Below, piece after piece: positions 38,222-49,331 of a stretch of 64,000 nucleotides of DNA. A program made the position numbers and the translations under genes. The notes below the pieces were generated by a model. That model saw nothing but the letters and a program-made list of their open reading frames with translations, searched no databases and was not told the DNA's origin. Every line of letters starts with the position of its first letter. Position 1 is the first letter of the stretch. This DNA is from Hydrolagus affinis (taxonomy: Eukaryota): assembly GCA_012026655.1 (NCBI GenBank), contig JAAILG010000235.1:1-64000 (forward strand). Direction: 5' to 3'.

Positions 38222-38523
38222 GTCCTGTAGCACGTGGTTAAAGCACCCGCCTTGCGAGTGAGAGACATAGGTTCAATTCCAATCAGGGCAAAACCTTGGG
38301 CAAGTTTCCTTACTCCACACGCCTGATAATAATCCCTAAAAAAAACACAATAATAAATTGGTTATTTCAATCCACGACTGTTTGTGGGGGACGCTGCTGT
38401 GCGCAATTGGCTGCCGCATTTCGCCCACAAAATATACAGTCAATTCACTTTACAGTATATTCTGTGAAGTGATTCGAGACGTCTAGAAGATGTAATAAAT
38501 GCAAGGATTATTATTATTATTAT
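38222..38523 (+). mobile_element. tRNA-derived SINE, full length
   Basis: Same family. Confidence 0.87.
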
Positions 38524-39020
38524 TTACAATCCGGTGTGGGAGCCGGCATCAGCACTGACACAACATTCACGGAGGCACTAAATAATGATTCGATTTCTTG
38601 ACTAGATTTGTAAATAGAATATATAATGTATGAATACATTGCGTTTCTTAAAGCATAAACTGCAGATGGTGTGACGAACAAAGGAAACTTTAAAATCCGC
38701 CATTCGCTCCCCCCCAACCCCACCACCCCCCCAAAAAAATCGTGACGGAAACTAGAACTCCCACGAAATTAAATGATTGAAAAAGACCCATTTTCGTCGC
38801 AATCCAAATGCAACCCACCCAAAAAAAAGAGAAAGGTTTGCCTTTAATTGGTGAGAGCCAATTAATTGGGAGAAAGCATTTAATTATTTTTGATTTGAAA
38901 AATAAGAGTAGCCAGTAATAGCCCAGAGTGGGGGGAGTTTCACGACTTGGAATAACTTATCTGCCAAAAGCCTGCAGTCCAGACTTGGTTGAACTTGGAG
39001 GAGTTTACTTTCTTACTTAC

Positions 39021-39100
39021 TTGGTTAGTTAGTCAGTTAATTGGTTAGTTAGCAACAATCGAAGCGTTTTCATTTTTGTTTGGGTGGGTGGGTTGGGTGG
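39021..39100 (-). promoter_or_regulatory. Probable non-coding first exon / proximal promoter of EFCAB5 with an RFX X-box-like motif (39044-39056); upstream boundary unknown
   Basis: Strong minus-strand donor CAA|gtaagt at 39021/39020; GTTGCTAACTAAC X-box-like motif; coding exon 1 begins with an acceptor, so an upstream exon is required. Confidence 0.5.
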
Positions 39101-39362
39101 GGGGTTCCTTCTCTGGAGTTTCCAACAGATGGTGGTGGTGGTGAAGAGGAGCAGTGGGGTGGGGGGAAACAAGACTCTTGTTAATGGAGTTGGGGAATGC
39201 GGATTTTGGCTCAGGTGTCTGGCTGGGCTGGGGCCAGTATGGTAAGGATTGTCTCAGTTCAGCCCCTGCTTTTGGGGGAACGTCACAGGCGACGTCCTGC
39301 ACTGTGACAACATCACCACTGATAGTGACCTGAAGTGAGCCCAAGGGGTGCCCTGATACCAG

Positions 39363-39393
<31 letters not shown>

Positions 39394-40729
39394 AAGATGT
39401 CTTGTTTTGGACAGGACTTTGAAGTCCCCAATCGCCGGATCAACCCGAATTCGTGCATTGCGCATTTCTGTTCCATCTGAAATGATATATTCATGCAAAA
39501 TGTTCGTCCTCGGTAACTGTATTTATAAATTTCCACTGGAGAATTCCTCCCCCCCCACCCACCCCCCCCTTCCCTCCCAATGCAATAGCCCACAAGTTCC
39601 TGAAAAGCTAGTGTATTCCGATTCAAGTTTTTGACACGTTCCCATTTTTCTCCTCGGCTATTTTATTCAACTGCACACACATATCCTGTTTGCCGTTCTT
39701 CCAATTGAGCAGATTCACAGATGGTTGAGTAAAATAGAGCCACGAAAACCATCTGGGCTCTGGCTGAAATTATTGTTGGCTCCAGGATTTGGGAATGTTG
39801 AATTGGATCCCAAGTCAGTATAATATGATCGCTGCTGCAACCTCGCAGGAATACTGTCTAGCTGTAAATGTGACTGGATTCGAAATAACTACTTCAAATG
39901 GTTTGGATTCGCAGCTTGGCTCTCGATTCAATTGGGATTTTGTTTTCCTGGCACAGAACGATCTGCAAAACAAAACTGGTGAATTATCTTCACGATGTTA
40001 CCTCACTTTGGGTCTTTGGGGCTGATTTGGAAAGAGTCGTTTCATACACAAGGCAACCACAGTATAGTTTGTATTTTTTTCCCCCCCCAATTGGGATCTC
40101 ATCGCACCGTTGTAACTAACTCACCTTTGAAGTGGCAAGTGAACGATTAAAGCAGCTTCCTCGTTCAATTTAGCAGACGAGGGAAACTATTCCGCCTACT
40201 TATTGATCTGTAACAGGGTTTGTATGACACCAATCCTGAATGGTTCAGATGTAGTGGTTATATAGAAAAGTGGTGGTGCAAGGATTACCCGTTAATACCG
40301 CAAAACGTGCGTTAAAAATATGATGTTGCATCCATTGAACAGTGGAGGGGTAACATGCTTTTCACGGGTAGAGTGCTACATACAGCAGATGTGAGTTATT
40401 AGGGAGGACGGGAGGTTGACACTGAACAATGGGAAAGCCCATTTGCAAACTGCACCTCGCAGATTATGAATGGTCTTGTGATTAAAAAGCACCACATCCA
40501 TAGAGTGGAGAAATTTACCACAGAGGTCAATAGGTGTCAGGATTAACACCCGGGTTGTGTCGAGGTGCTGCAGCTGATCTCAGTGGGGAGCATTGCTTTA
40601 GTACTTACTCTTCGACTGAGGAACAAATCAAAGTTGCTGAGTCACTGACAGGCAACCCTGTGGGGGGTGTACGTGTGGGGACATTGGATTTGGCTCTCCT
40701 TGCATTGCTATCCTTCAATGACCCGGTCT

Positions 40730-40856
40730 TAAACAAAAAAACAGAAGTCGCCGGGAGCACTCAGCAGGTCAGGCAGCATCTATGGAGAAAGGAAAGTGAG
40801 TCTACGTGTCAGGTCCAGGACCCTTCATCAGTCGAAGCATCTGCGGTATTTTGCAT
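40730..40856 (-). mobile_element. Second copy of the Penelope-like element; hammerhead core mutated (GAAA->GACA)
   Basis: ctcagcaggtcaggcagcatctatggagaaaggaaagtgagtc...cccttcatcag, homologous to 1591-1725. Confidence 0.65.
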
Positions 40857-41564
40857 TGTGTTAGGCTTGAGAGTTGTTACAGATTGTGAAACTACCCAAG
40901 AATCTGACCCGGCAGAAGGCAAGGCAATTGATTGCAAACAGCATAAAGGAGATTTTTGGTTTGATTTTAGCACAATTTTGGTTTTTCAACTCCATCCAGT
41001 GTCTGTGGCTACATAGATATGATCATGAGCTGCCATTTGTTGAATTATTCAATTGCATGTGCTTACCCTGAGTGTCCAATGCACAAGAGAACCCCCCCCA
41101 CCCACTATGCCAATAATAATAATTCTTGCATTTAATATAGCACTTTATCACATCAGTGAGATCTCAACACTATCAACTAAATATGTTATCAAGTGGATTA
41201 ATTAATTGACTAATTGGATTGCCAAAATAGGCTTTTTTTTGCTGAACAATTGCTGAATTAACATGTGTATATGGAGACAGTTTGCTTCCAGTCTCATTTT
41301 TTAAAGTTACTCTCCCTTTTACTTATTTACCTGCTATCCACCCTTTGGCTGTGAATTTACCACTACCAACACCTTGTTTTAAACTGATGTGAGAGATCTT
41401 GCTGCACTGATAAGCCAACAAAACTCTTAAGGCAAAGAGAAACTAGTAAATAAAAATGATTATGTATTTTGGTATTATGCCTGTAAGTTCACGTGTAATT
41501 GTTGTGAGGCAATTGTTGTTGTGCTTTATTGTAAGTAAACGTATGAAGCCAGGGCTCACTGCCA

Positions 41565-42232
41565 CAAACTTGCATTTAATATCATACCTTTTACATGGAA
41601 AACATCAAAGCACTTCATAAGATTTTACTATAGTCTGTAGGCAATCAGCCAAGCCGCACACATGAGTCATGAAGTGAAACACCAATTTTACCTGGGAGGT
41701 TAGTCAGGACATCGGGAGAAATTCAAGTCTTCTCGTTGAGCTGTGCTTTGGGATTTGCAATGTTCACTTGAACAGGCAGATGAGATTGGACCTCAGTTGA
41801 ATATCTCATCCTGAGAGATGAGATGAAGCATATCCCAAAGTACTCTACTGCATTAGTGTCAGCCTATGCTAAGTGAGTTCAAAGGATCAAACATTCCTGG
41901 CAGATCGGGGCAAAACCTTGAGCAAGTTTCCTTACTCCACACGCCTGATAATAATCCCTCAAAAAAAAAGAAATTGGGCATTTGAATCTACGACTGTTTG
42001 TGTGGTACTGTTGTGCTCAATTGGCTGCTGCGTTTCGCCCACATGTATATAACAACAAAATTAGATTTATAGATTGCTGAGAGTCAATTCACAGTATACA
42101 GTCAAATCACTTTATATATTATTCTGTGAAGCACTTTGAGATGTCTAGAAGATGTGAAAAGTGCAAGGGTTATGATTATTATTATTAAACCCTTTTGCTG
42201 CAGAGGTGAGTTCTACTAACTGAGCCAAGCTA
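41565..42232 (-). mobile_element. Older Deu-domain SINE split by the younger SINE insertion; tRNA-like head remnant at ~42187-42232
   Basis: Homologous to 14995-15225; L2-type tail at ~41567; actaactgagcc A-box remnant. Confidence 0.6.
41893..42186 (+). mobile_element. 5'-truncated SINE copy inserted into an older Deu-SINE
   Basis: ggcagatcggggcaaaaccttgagcaagtttccttactccacacgcc... tail. Confidence 0.8.
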
Positions 42233-43984
42233 TCACCATCTGTCTGTTCATTGGCTAAAAATAGTTAACAGCTGTATCGCCTCAGTTTATTAGCTTTGTG
42301 TAAATGTATAGCCATAAATTATATTTGCTCCTTGTAATCAAAAAAATTCTTATCGTACAGGTGTGCAGGACAAGATGAAAGTGAAACAGCTCAGCCAGCC
42401 CACATTCCCAAATAGGCAAGTTCTAATTGAGATCTACACCATCACCACCAACCTTTGTTTTACCAGCAGTAGGCAATAGAATAGAACATTATGTCATGCC
42501 AAGTTCCAGCTTTTCAAACAACTATCTTAGAGAACTTGCTTTACATCAGTAAACATTTGGTGTTAAATGGTAACTCCAGTCTGCAAGTTTAAAATATGGA
42601 GCTCAGCCAAGATTCCCAACAACAGAAGGGATGTTTTGGCAGTCGGTCACAACTGACCATCTGGAACACACATACTGTCTTTGGTTATGGGTTCTGAATA
42701 TTCTAACAACATGTTATTTCCTGCTGTTTTGGTACAGCTGTTAGGGCATAAATACACCTTTACACATTTAGAATTGCAGTGGTAAAGAGAATGTTTCAGC
42801 AAAATTCTTTTGCATGTTCTACCTATAATGTCTCCATTGACACTCCTAAAATGGTTGAAAATAAAGCCTTTTATTTGTTATTCCTTAGTTTTAAATACAG
42901 TACATTACAAAATATCGGTCAGAAAAACAGGTCAGAAATCAATAAGATTAGAGTTACAGAAATTGACACATTTCTCCGATAAGTCTAGAAATTATTAAAT
43001 TATTGAAATGTTTTGAAAACATTACACTAAAGACATCGTTCACATTCATAACAAAACTACTTGTATCTGTGAATTCATGATTGCTTTGCAACATTGCATT
43101 GATAAATAAACTTCCAGCAAAAGATGGTATGGGAAAAGGCAGGTAAATTGCACAGAACTACAATGTTCTTTTGTGCTGTAAATTTCTATGGTAGGATTTT
43201 CCATAATTTATGTGTATTAGAGGTACTTAAGTTAAATAATAATGTGTATCAAAATCTGAGTGGGTTACATAAGTATCAACTTAAATATAATTTCCTATAA
43301 ATGTAGTTAATGTCTGTTCCCTCCCTGGACACATATTCTTTTAAATACCTTGTGGTATTTGGTTTCTTTGTGCTTAGCACCAAAAGGTAACCTTATCCAG
43401 AGGTGATTAGTTACTTCTTCTTACTGCAAGGATCACATTTGGTTCTGGCAGAGGGATTTCCATGTACAATTCAGGTTACAACCTTTCTAATTATGTTTGA
43501 AAGCTGTTTTTCGTTCAAAGTTACAATATACAATACAGATATTCTCAAAGAGCATCAAGAGAGTGAAAAAAGATTCCAAATGTAAAAGGAAGTTTTACAG
43601 TTTTTTTTATATACAGCATTTCTCTGTGTTTTACCCACAGATATGCTGTTATTGTTTAAAAAAGTACAGATTTAAAGTCGCAAATAACAGTTTCAGGAAA
43701 GACCTGAGGCAGTATTTACATCAGGTAATTTAACAACCACAACTGCAAGGTTACCAGTAGGGTGGTTGAGGCCAGGACACTGGACTCATTCGAAAACAGT
43801 GTTATGAAGTGATTGGAAGGAATCATAATGGACATTCTGTAAGGTCAAGATCAATGAGCCAAAGCGTGTTCTTCATCTGGACCAAATCTAGCACTCTGGT
43901 GTAGTGCTTCGACGCATTTCCACTGTACAAGCACAATATCAAATGTAGCAAGTAGCAACTTTAAAATAGATTTCGTGAAGCACT

Positions 43985-44560
43985 CCGTGAAGGGGTTGGT
44001 TGGGGGAGAGGTAGTCGGTTGAAGAGAAAGATTTTCAGAGGGAAGAGAGGGGGCAAGGCGGAGGGATTGAGGGAGAGCATTCCAGGGTATTAAGGGATAC
44101 AGGGAGGCGGTGAGAAATTGGAATTGATAGGATTAGGATTGGTTCAGATCAGCCATGATCTAACAATGGCAGAACAGGCTCAAAGGGCTGAATGGCCAAA
44201 CTCCTATTCCTATGTTCCAGAGTTTGGGGACGCAGTGGCTGAAAGCGCAACCTCCGATGGTGGGGCGAAGGGTACGGTGGACCAGCGGGAGGATGGTGCC
44301 AGTTGAGCGAAGGCACCAGGTGATGGTTTGGGGAGTGAGGAGATCGGAGAAGGTAGGGATAGGGGGAGGGAGGGAGGAAAGTTGGGGAAGTGCCAGGGGG
44401 AGTGAGAGGATTTGAGGAGGCGTGTGAGGATCTGGAAGTCGATATCTTCGGCGAGTGGAGCCTGGAGAGAACCGGCGGGAGACGTGGGCCTGGAGTTTGG
44501 TCATGGCCTCTCCTGAGATCCTGGAGGATTTGACTAACCCCGGCAAAGAGTTAATAGCTG
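43985..44560 (-). mobile_element. L2 fragment interrupted by a plus-strand CR1-type 3' tail (~44086-44214)
   Basis: CR1 tail cagatcagccatgatc..aatggcagaacaggctcaaagggctgaatggcc..ctcctattcctatg flanked by a TTCCAG duplication (44080-44085 / 44215-44220). Confidence 0.7.
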
Positions 44561-45300
44561 GCTTGGTTGACAAGCCGTGGGCTCTCTCCTCCCCCCCCCG
44601 GCCTCTCTCCACCATGAAACGTCCTCCTCCGCCGTGGGCACGCACATGCGCACTGGCGCCGCCCCGCTCGAGCCAGTGAGTCAGTTGAAGAGCGAACGAA
44701 CGAGCGCGCGAGTGACTGACTGAGTGACTGAGGGAGCGGGCGGCAACCGTCGGTTCCCCTTATCCATTCACCGCAAACAATCGGGGAGTGGTGGGGTGGG
44801 GGGTAAAAGAGAGCTGACGCTAAGGAAGAAGCAGCGAGACGTTTCATCTCTCGCTCTCCTGAGGAGAATGAAATCTGTATCCCTCGGAGCTCCATAGATG
44901 GCTCTAGTAACGGTCCAGCGGTCGCCGACGCCGAGTACAACCTCCAGCCCCTGCGTCTCGGTGAGGCATTTTCTTATTCTCTCTCTGTCTGTCTCTATTT
45001 GTCTGTCTCTAGTCAACTTGGTTCCTGTTTGTGTCGCGCGCGAACGCTCGTCCGCCGGCCGGCAAAGGCACAAGAAAAGCGCATGCGCCACTTCTTCCTC
45101 CTCTTTCTTCCCCCACCCCCGTCGCTAGCGTCCATATAAGGGCATACTCACGTGATTACATAGGCTTCACGGGCTGGGGTGAGGGGGGTTGAGCTCGGTT
45201 TGAAAAATAACCGTTAAACCGTCAGTTCCCCCACCCATCCCGTTTAATTGAAGTATACGTGAGTCGAAGCGGGTTTTATTTATTTATTGCCGACGGTAAA
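44560..45300. promoter_or_regulatory. CpG-island-like SSH2 promoter/5' region with NRF1-like sites (44642-44652; perfect GCGCATGCGC 45079-45088) and E-box TCACGTGA (45148-45155)
   Basis: High local GC and CpG density compared with the AT-rich, CpG-poor flanks; motifs read directly. Confidence 0.7.
44898..44960 (+). CDS. SSH2: Protein phosphatase Slingshot homolog 2, first coding exon (MALVTVQRSPTPSTTSSPCVS); remainder lies beyond the window
   Basis: Near-identical to the remembered SSH2 N-terminus (SSH1 differs: MALVTLQRSPTPSAASS); 63-nt coding exon followed by gtgagg donor; adjacent to EFCAB5. Confidence 0.92.
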
Positions 45301-47353
45301 TGGAGATTTTGTTGGAAAAAAACCGTTGTTACGAGGGTTCAGCATCCCCGCCCCCCACCCCCCCTACACTCTAGACTTCTATTCCGCAAACACACCACAT
45401 CACACTCCCTTACCTCCTTCTCTTGCCTCCCTCTAAAGTCCGACCTAAAGGTCATCCTGTTGGACTGGACTGTGCTTTGGGCTACCTGCCCTCCACACCC
45501 TAATTTCCAGCTGTGGGCCAAAGACTGTCCAGCTCCCTGGGATATCTTTCTAACGGGTAATTTGTTGTGTTGTGAAGGGTCGCTAACCTACGGAGGCGTG
45601 GGAATGTATTGGGGAGCGTTTGTCCGCCCGATTGGCTTCTGGGTGAAGGACAAGCCTTGAAGCACTTTGAACAAGTTTTTCCTTTCTACTGCCCTTTCCG
45701 GGTTGTCTTGCCTTTTGCGTTGTATTTTTGTAGGTCAAAGAACAAAAAAAAAGAGACTTGTTTGCCTTTCATTTTAAAAAAAAGAAGCCTACTTATATTT
45801 TAAGCTGTATTTTTGATTTTCCCATAAAATAGACAGACAATCCACTTTACAGTATAATTACACTTGCATTTTGTACAGTGCTTTTATCACATCTTCAAGG
45901 CATCTCCTAGCACATCACAGAATATACTGTAAAGTTAATTGTATATTTTGTGGGTGAAAATTGCCGCCAGCCAATTATGCACAGCACTTTCCCACAAGCA
46001 GTCATGGATTGAGTGACCAAATTATTTTTTATTTGTACTGTATATTCCATGAAGAAGAGCTTTTTAAGATGTTTAAGGGACGTGATAAGAAACTATATCA
46101 AATGCAAAATTATTTCATTTTAATCCAATACAGATTATTTCAACAGCTGAAATTGGAAGAAGAGACAATAATCAAAGTACACTGTTTATCTTGATGGAAG
46201 TTATTAATGCTGAAATCCTGTGTTTTATCTGGAAAAAAATTCCTCCAACTTTAGTTTAGTTAAGTTTGTAGGCTACACCAAGTATAGTGATAACTTTTTT
46301 AAAAAAAGCTTTGGTTTGCCAATGAGTGAGTAACCCTGTCTTGAAAATTTTCAGTTTTTTTTTTTTGTTTTACGTACAACTACCCTTTTCCAGATCCAAG
46401 TCGAGATAGTTATTTTGAATTTCTTACTTAAGACTGTAGACCAGTTAAAACCTGAACAAATGGCCCCATTCATTTAATATCCGAACATGTAAAATGCAGT
46501 TGTTCTATCTCAATTTCCTCACTGGTCAAGTTACTTTTAGGTCATCATTTCATTCTTTAACCAATAATGCAGTCGAATCAGATTTTTGTTATGATATTAA
46601 TTGAATGCATTACATCTAAAATGTATTGGTTACTGCCTTGGAAAGTTTTTTTTTTGCAAAATATGGATTGATAAATACAGTGCATAATCTATTAAATTTG
46701 TTAAGTACATATGATCTACCGATTTGTTTTAATTAAAGATTTTATCGGCAGATTAAATATCAACATGATCAGCTACATTATTTGATTAAAAGAAATACAT
46801 AGATACATCAAAACAGGAGCCTTACTGTACATAGAAACACAGTACAGTACATAGAAACATGGTTGCATTGTGATAACCTCTTCATTTATACTGCTTGTAA
46901 AGAGGTTGTATTTAGTTACAAATGGTGCTTACCAATTCATGTGCAGTAAGGTGAATACAGTGTATAGAATTTTGTTAATTGTTTACAGGTGAATCTTTCC
47001 CCCCTGGCTAAGTGAGCTTATCCAGTGAGTTGTGGAGCTATACAAACTGGGTAGGTCCTATCTTTTTATGCAAGAGAGATGAAGGACAAATGGTCTGTCT
47101 GTGGCCCTGTTCCTAAGTGTTGCAAGCTTCAGTGAGTTTTTGGGTCATATGTAAATGTTTCATAATTGTTTTAAGCCACAATACTGCAGTACTGTATTTA
47201 GAATTCTGTTTGTATAAAGAATGAGTTTGTCAAATTTCCCTGGGTAATGTTTCACATAATATCTAGTGAAAAATAATGACATTCAAACTTATTCACCCAG
47301 TAAAGCAGGGAGGGTGTCAGTTTGACTGTGAACCACAACAAATTACGTTTGTG

Positions 47354-47784
47354 CAGTAAAACCTCGATAATCTGACATTCCGAAAGCTGGTAACTCCTCA
47401 AAGCCGGCAAGATTTCAAAATACATATACAGTAAAAGCCCGTTTATCTGCCATCCTCAGGACCTGGCCAATGCCGTTATAAAGCACCTGCCGGATATTTG
47501 GCCGAAAACGCAAAACAAAACCCCCAAAAAAAATTTCAATGCATTTTTCCGGATAAATTCCGGTTAATCGAATGTGGATTTTTTTTTGCGATGTCGGTTA
47601 AACGGAAGTTGCGGTTGATCGGGTGCCGGATAAATGAGCTTTTACTGTACTACTAGATTTTTTTCTGATGTCCAGCAAATTGACTGAAGTTTGAAACAGC
47701 TGCTTGTAGTTCATGGTGTTGCTGACATACTCCAAAATCCGGATGTGCGTGGGTCCAACCGTGCTGATTATCAAGGTTTTATTG
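47354..47784. mobile_element. Tigger/pogo-like MITE (outer), host of the inner MITE
   Basis: CAGTAAAACCTCGATAATC ... GATTATCAAGGTTTTATTG inverted repeats (17/19 match). Confidence 0.72.
47429..47647. mobile_element. Tigger/pogo-like MITE (inner), TA target-site duplication
   Basis: TA|CAGTAAAAGCCCGTTTATC ... GATAAATGAGCTTTTACTG|TA terminal inverted repeats. Confidence 0.8.
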
Positions 47785-48521
47785 CTTTTACATTGGGAGG
47801 ATGTCCCAAGGCATTGGACAGCCAGGGATTTGGATCCAAGTGGAGGGTTGGCATCTGGGTCATAGGAGAGTGCGCAAAGAGGAGGTTCTTGAGATGTGCC
47901 TTGACAGATGCAAGGGAGGGAGCAAGTCAAAGGATAAGACAGAGAGGTTGAAGGCTTCAAAGGCGAGGATGGGGATTTTGAATTCTATCCTCTGGGACAT
48001 GTGAAGCTGGGCAAGGATGGGGTTGATGGGATCTTGGAGTCTGGTGCAGGAGAGTACATAAGTTACAGATTGCTTGCTCCAAAAGGGGTGCTTTTGACAA
48101 TGCGAATCCTGGTTGATTTTAGTTTTTGCTAGCCTGAGAATATGGAGGACAATTATAATACCTCACAACTGCCTGGCTGTGAGATAAGGTAACAGAATCA
48201 AGGCCATAAAATTAGATTTTCCTTTTGCAGAAGACTAATTTTTGCTGGGATACAATTTCATTCAAATAATCATTCTTCATGTGTGAATCTAGAAGTTAAG
48301 TATTGGCAAGTTATTTGACTGGGAGGTATTACAGCTGCGCCTAAACCTATTCTCATGCAACTTGCAAACATACATTGGCTAGCAGAAGTCAATGGTTAGT
48401 AAGACCTCTGGTTGATTTCTCCTCTCTCCCCTCTCTATTCCTCAGCCCCTTGAATAATAATAATGAAGTTCCGTTAATGCTGCTCAGAATCGTGATGAAA
48501 ACTACTGCTGGGTACAGTAAA

Positions 48522-48630
48522 GGCAAAGTACTGCAGATGCTGGAAATCGGGTAAACACAGAAGTCATTGGGAACAACATGCAGCAGTTCAGGCAGCATCC
48601 ATGGAGAGAGGAAAATTAGTTAATGCCTTT
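48522..48630 (-). mobile_element. Degenerate copy of the Penelope-like element
   Basis: tactgcagatgctggaaatc...caggcagcatccatggagagaggaaaa. Confidence 0.6.
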
Positions 48631-49009
48631 TGGCATCACTGAAGCGTTGAAGTGAGGTGGTGCAAGGCAGGCTGCATTCTTTACAAGGGTTGTAAACCCA
48701 CTCATGACTTATCTTTAAGAGGCCTATTTCTAAATTAATTATTTAGAATGAATGCAGCTGCATCTAATCTGTTTGCAAACATTGTGGATCTTAACTGATT
48801 TATAAACAACAACTTGCATTTATAAAGCACCCTACATGCCAGACAAAATCTTGGAGAACTATAAATAACATTCCCTAAATGTTGACAGCACATGTGGAAT
48901 TTACAGTGTCCTGATAATACTGCATCTCTTCCATCTGTTCCACACTCACCAGTTTTTCAATTTCAGATATTCTCCCAGCCCCTCATTTTATGAGGATTAC
49001 ATTAATCTT

Positions 49010-49331
49010 GCTTCATGTTTCCCTCGCCCCCCCCTTGCCCCCCGCTCCCCCCCCACCCGTCACTGGCGGGTGGGCCTTCAGCCTCCCTCCCTTACCCCTC
49101 TGGAACTTTCCCACAGTCCTTCCACCTTGCCCACCCCCCCTCCCCCCCATGCCTCCTTCAAGATCTTCTCTTTGATTGTGCCTTCGGTCATCTTCCTACC
49201 ACTTGCCTCCCCCAATTTCAATCCCTCTTGATACCAATCACCAGCTCAGGTGCAGATTCCTGACTATCCAGGGCCTGGGGTCTTCCTCCTGACGTGAAAG
49301 GTGCTATACAAATGTAATTTGTTTTCTTGTT
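49010..49331 (+). mobile_element. L2 3' fragment
   Basis: gggccttcagc..ctctggaac..ccttcggtcat..gacgtgaaaggtgctatacaaatgtaatttg. Confidence 0.75.

Noticed and set aside
37693-38268. 191-aa minus-strand ORF
   Set aside because: Begins inside a SINE, lies in the EFCAB5 5'UTR intron, no recognisable domain
39045-39634. 193-aa and 99-aa ORFs
   Set aside because: Span microsatellites and G/C runs; low complexity, no homology recognised
44961-45128. Continuation of the 76-aa ORF beyond SSH2 codon 21
   Set aside because: Read-through into the intron past the gtgagg donor
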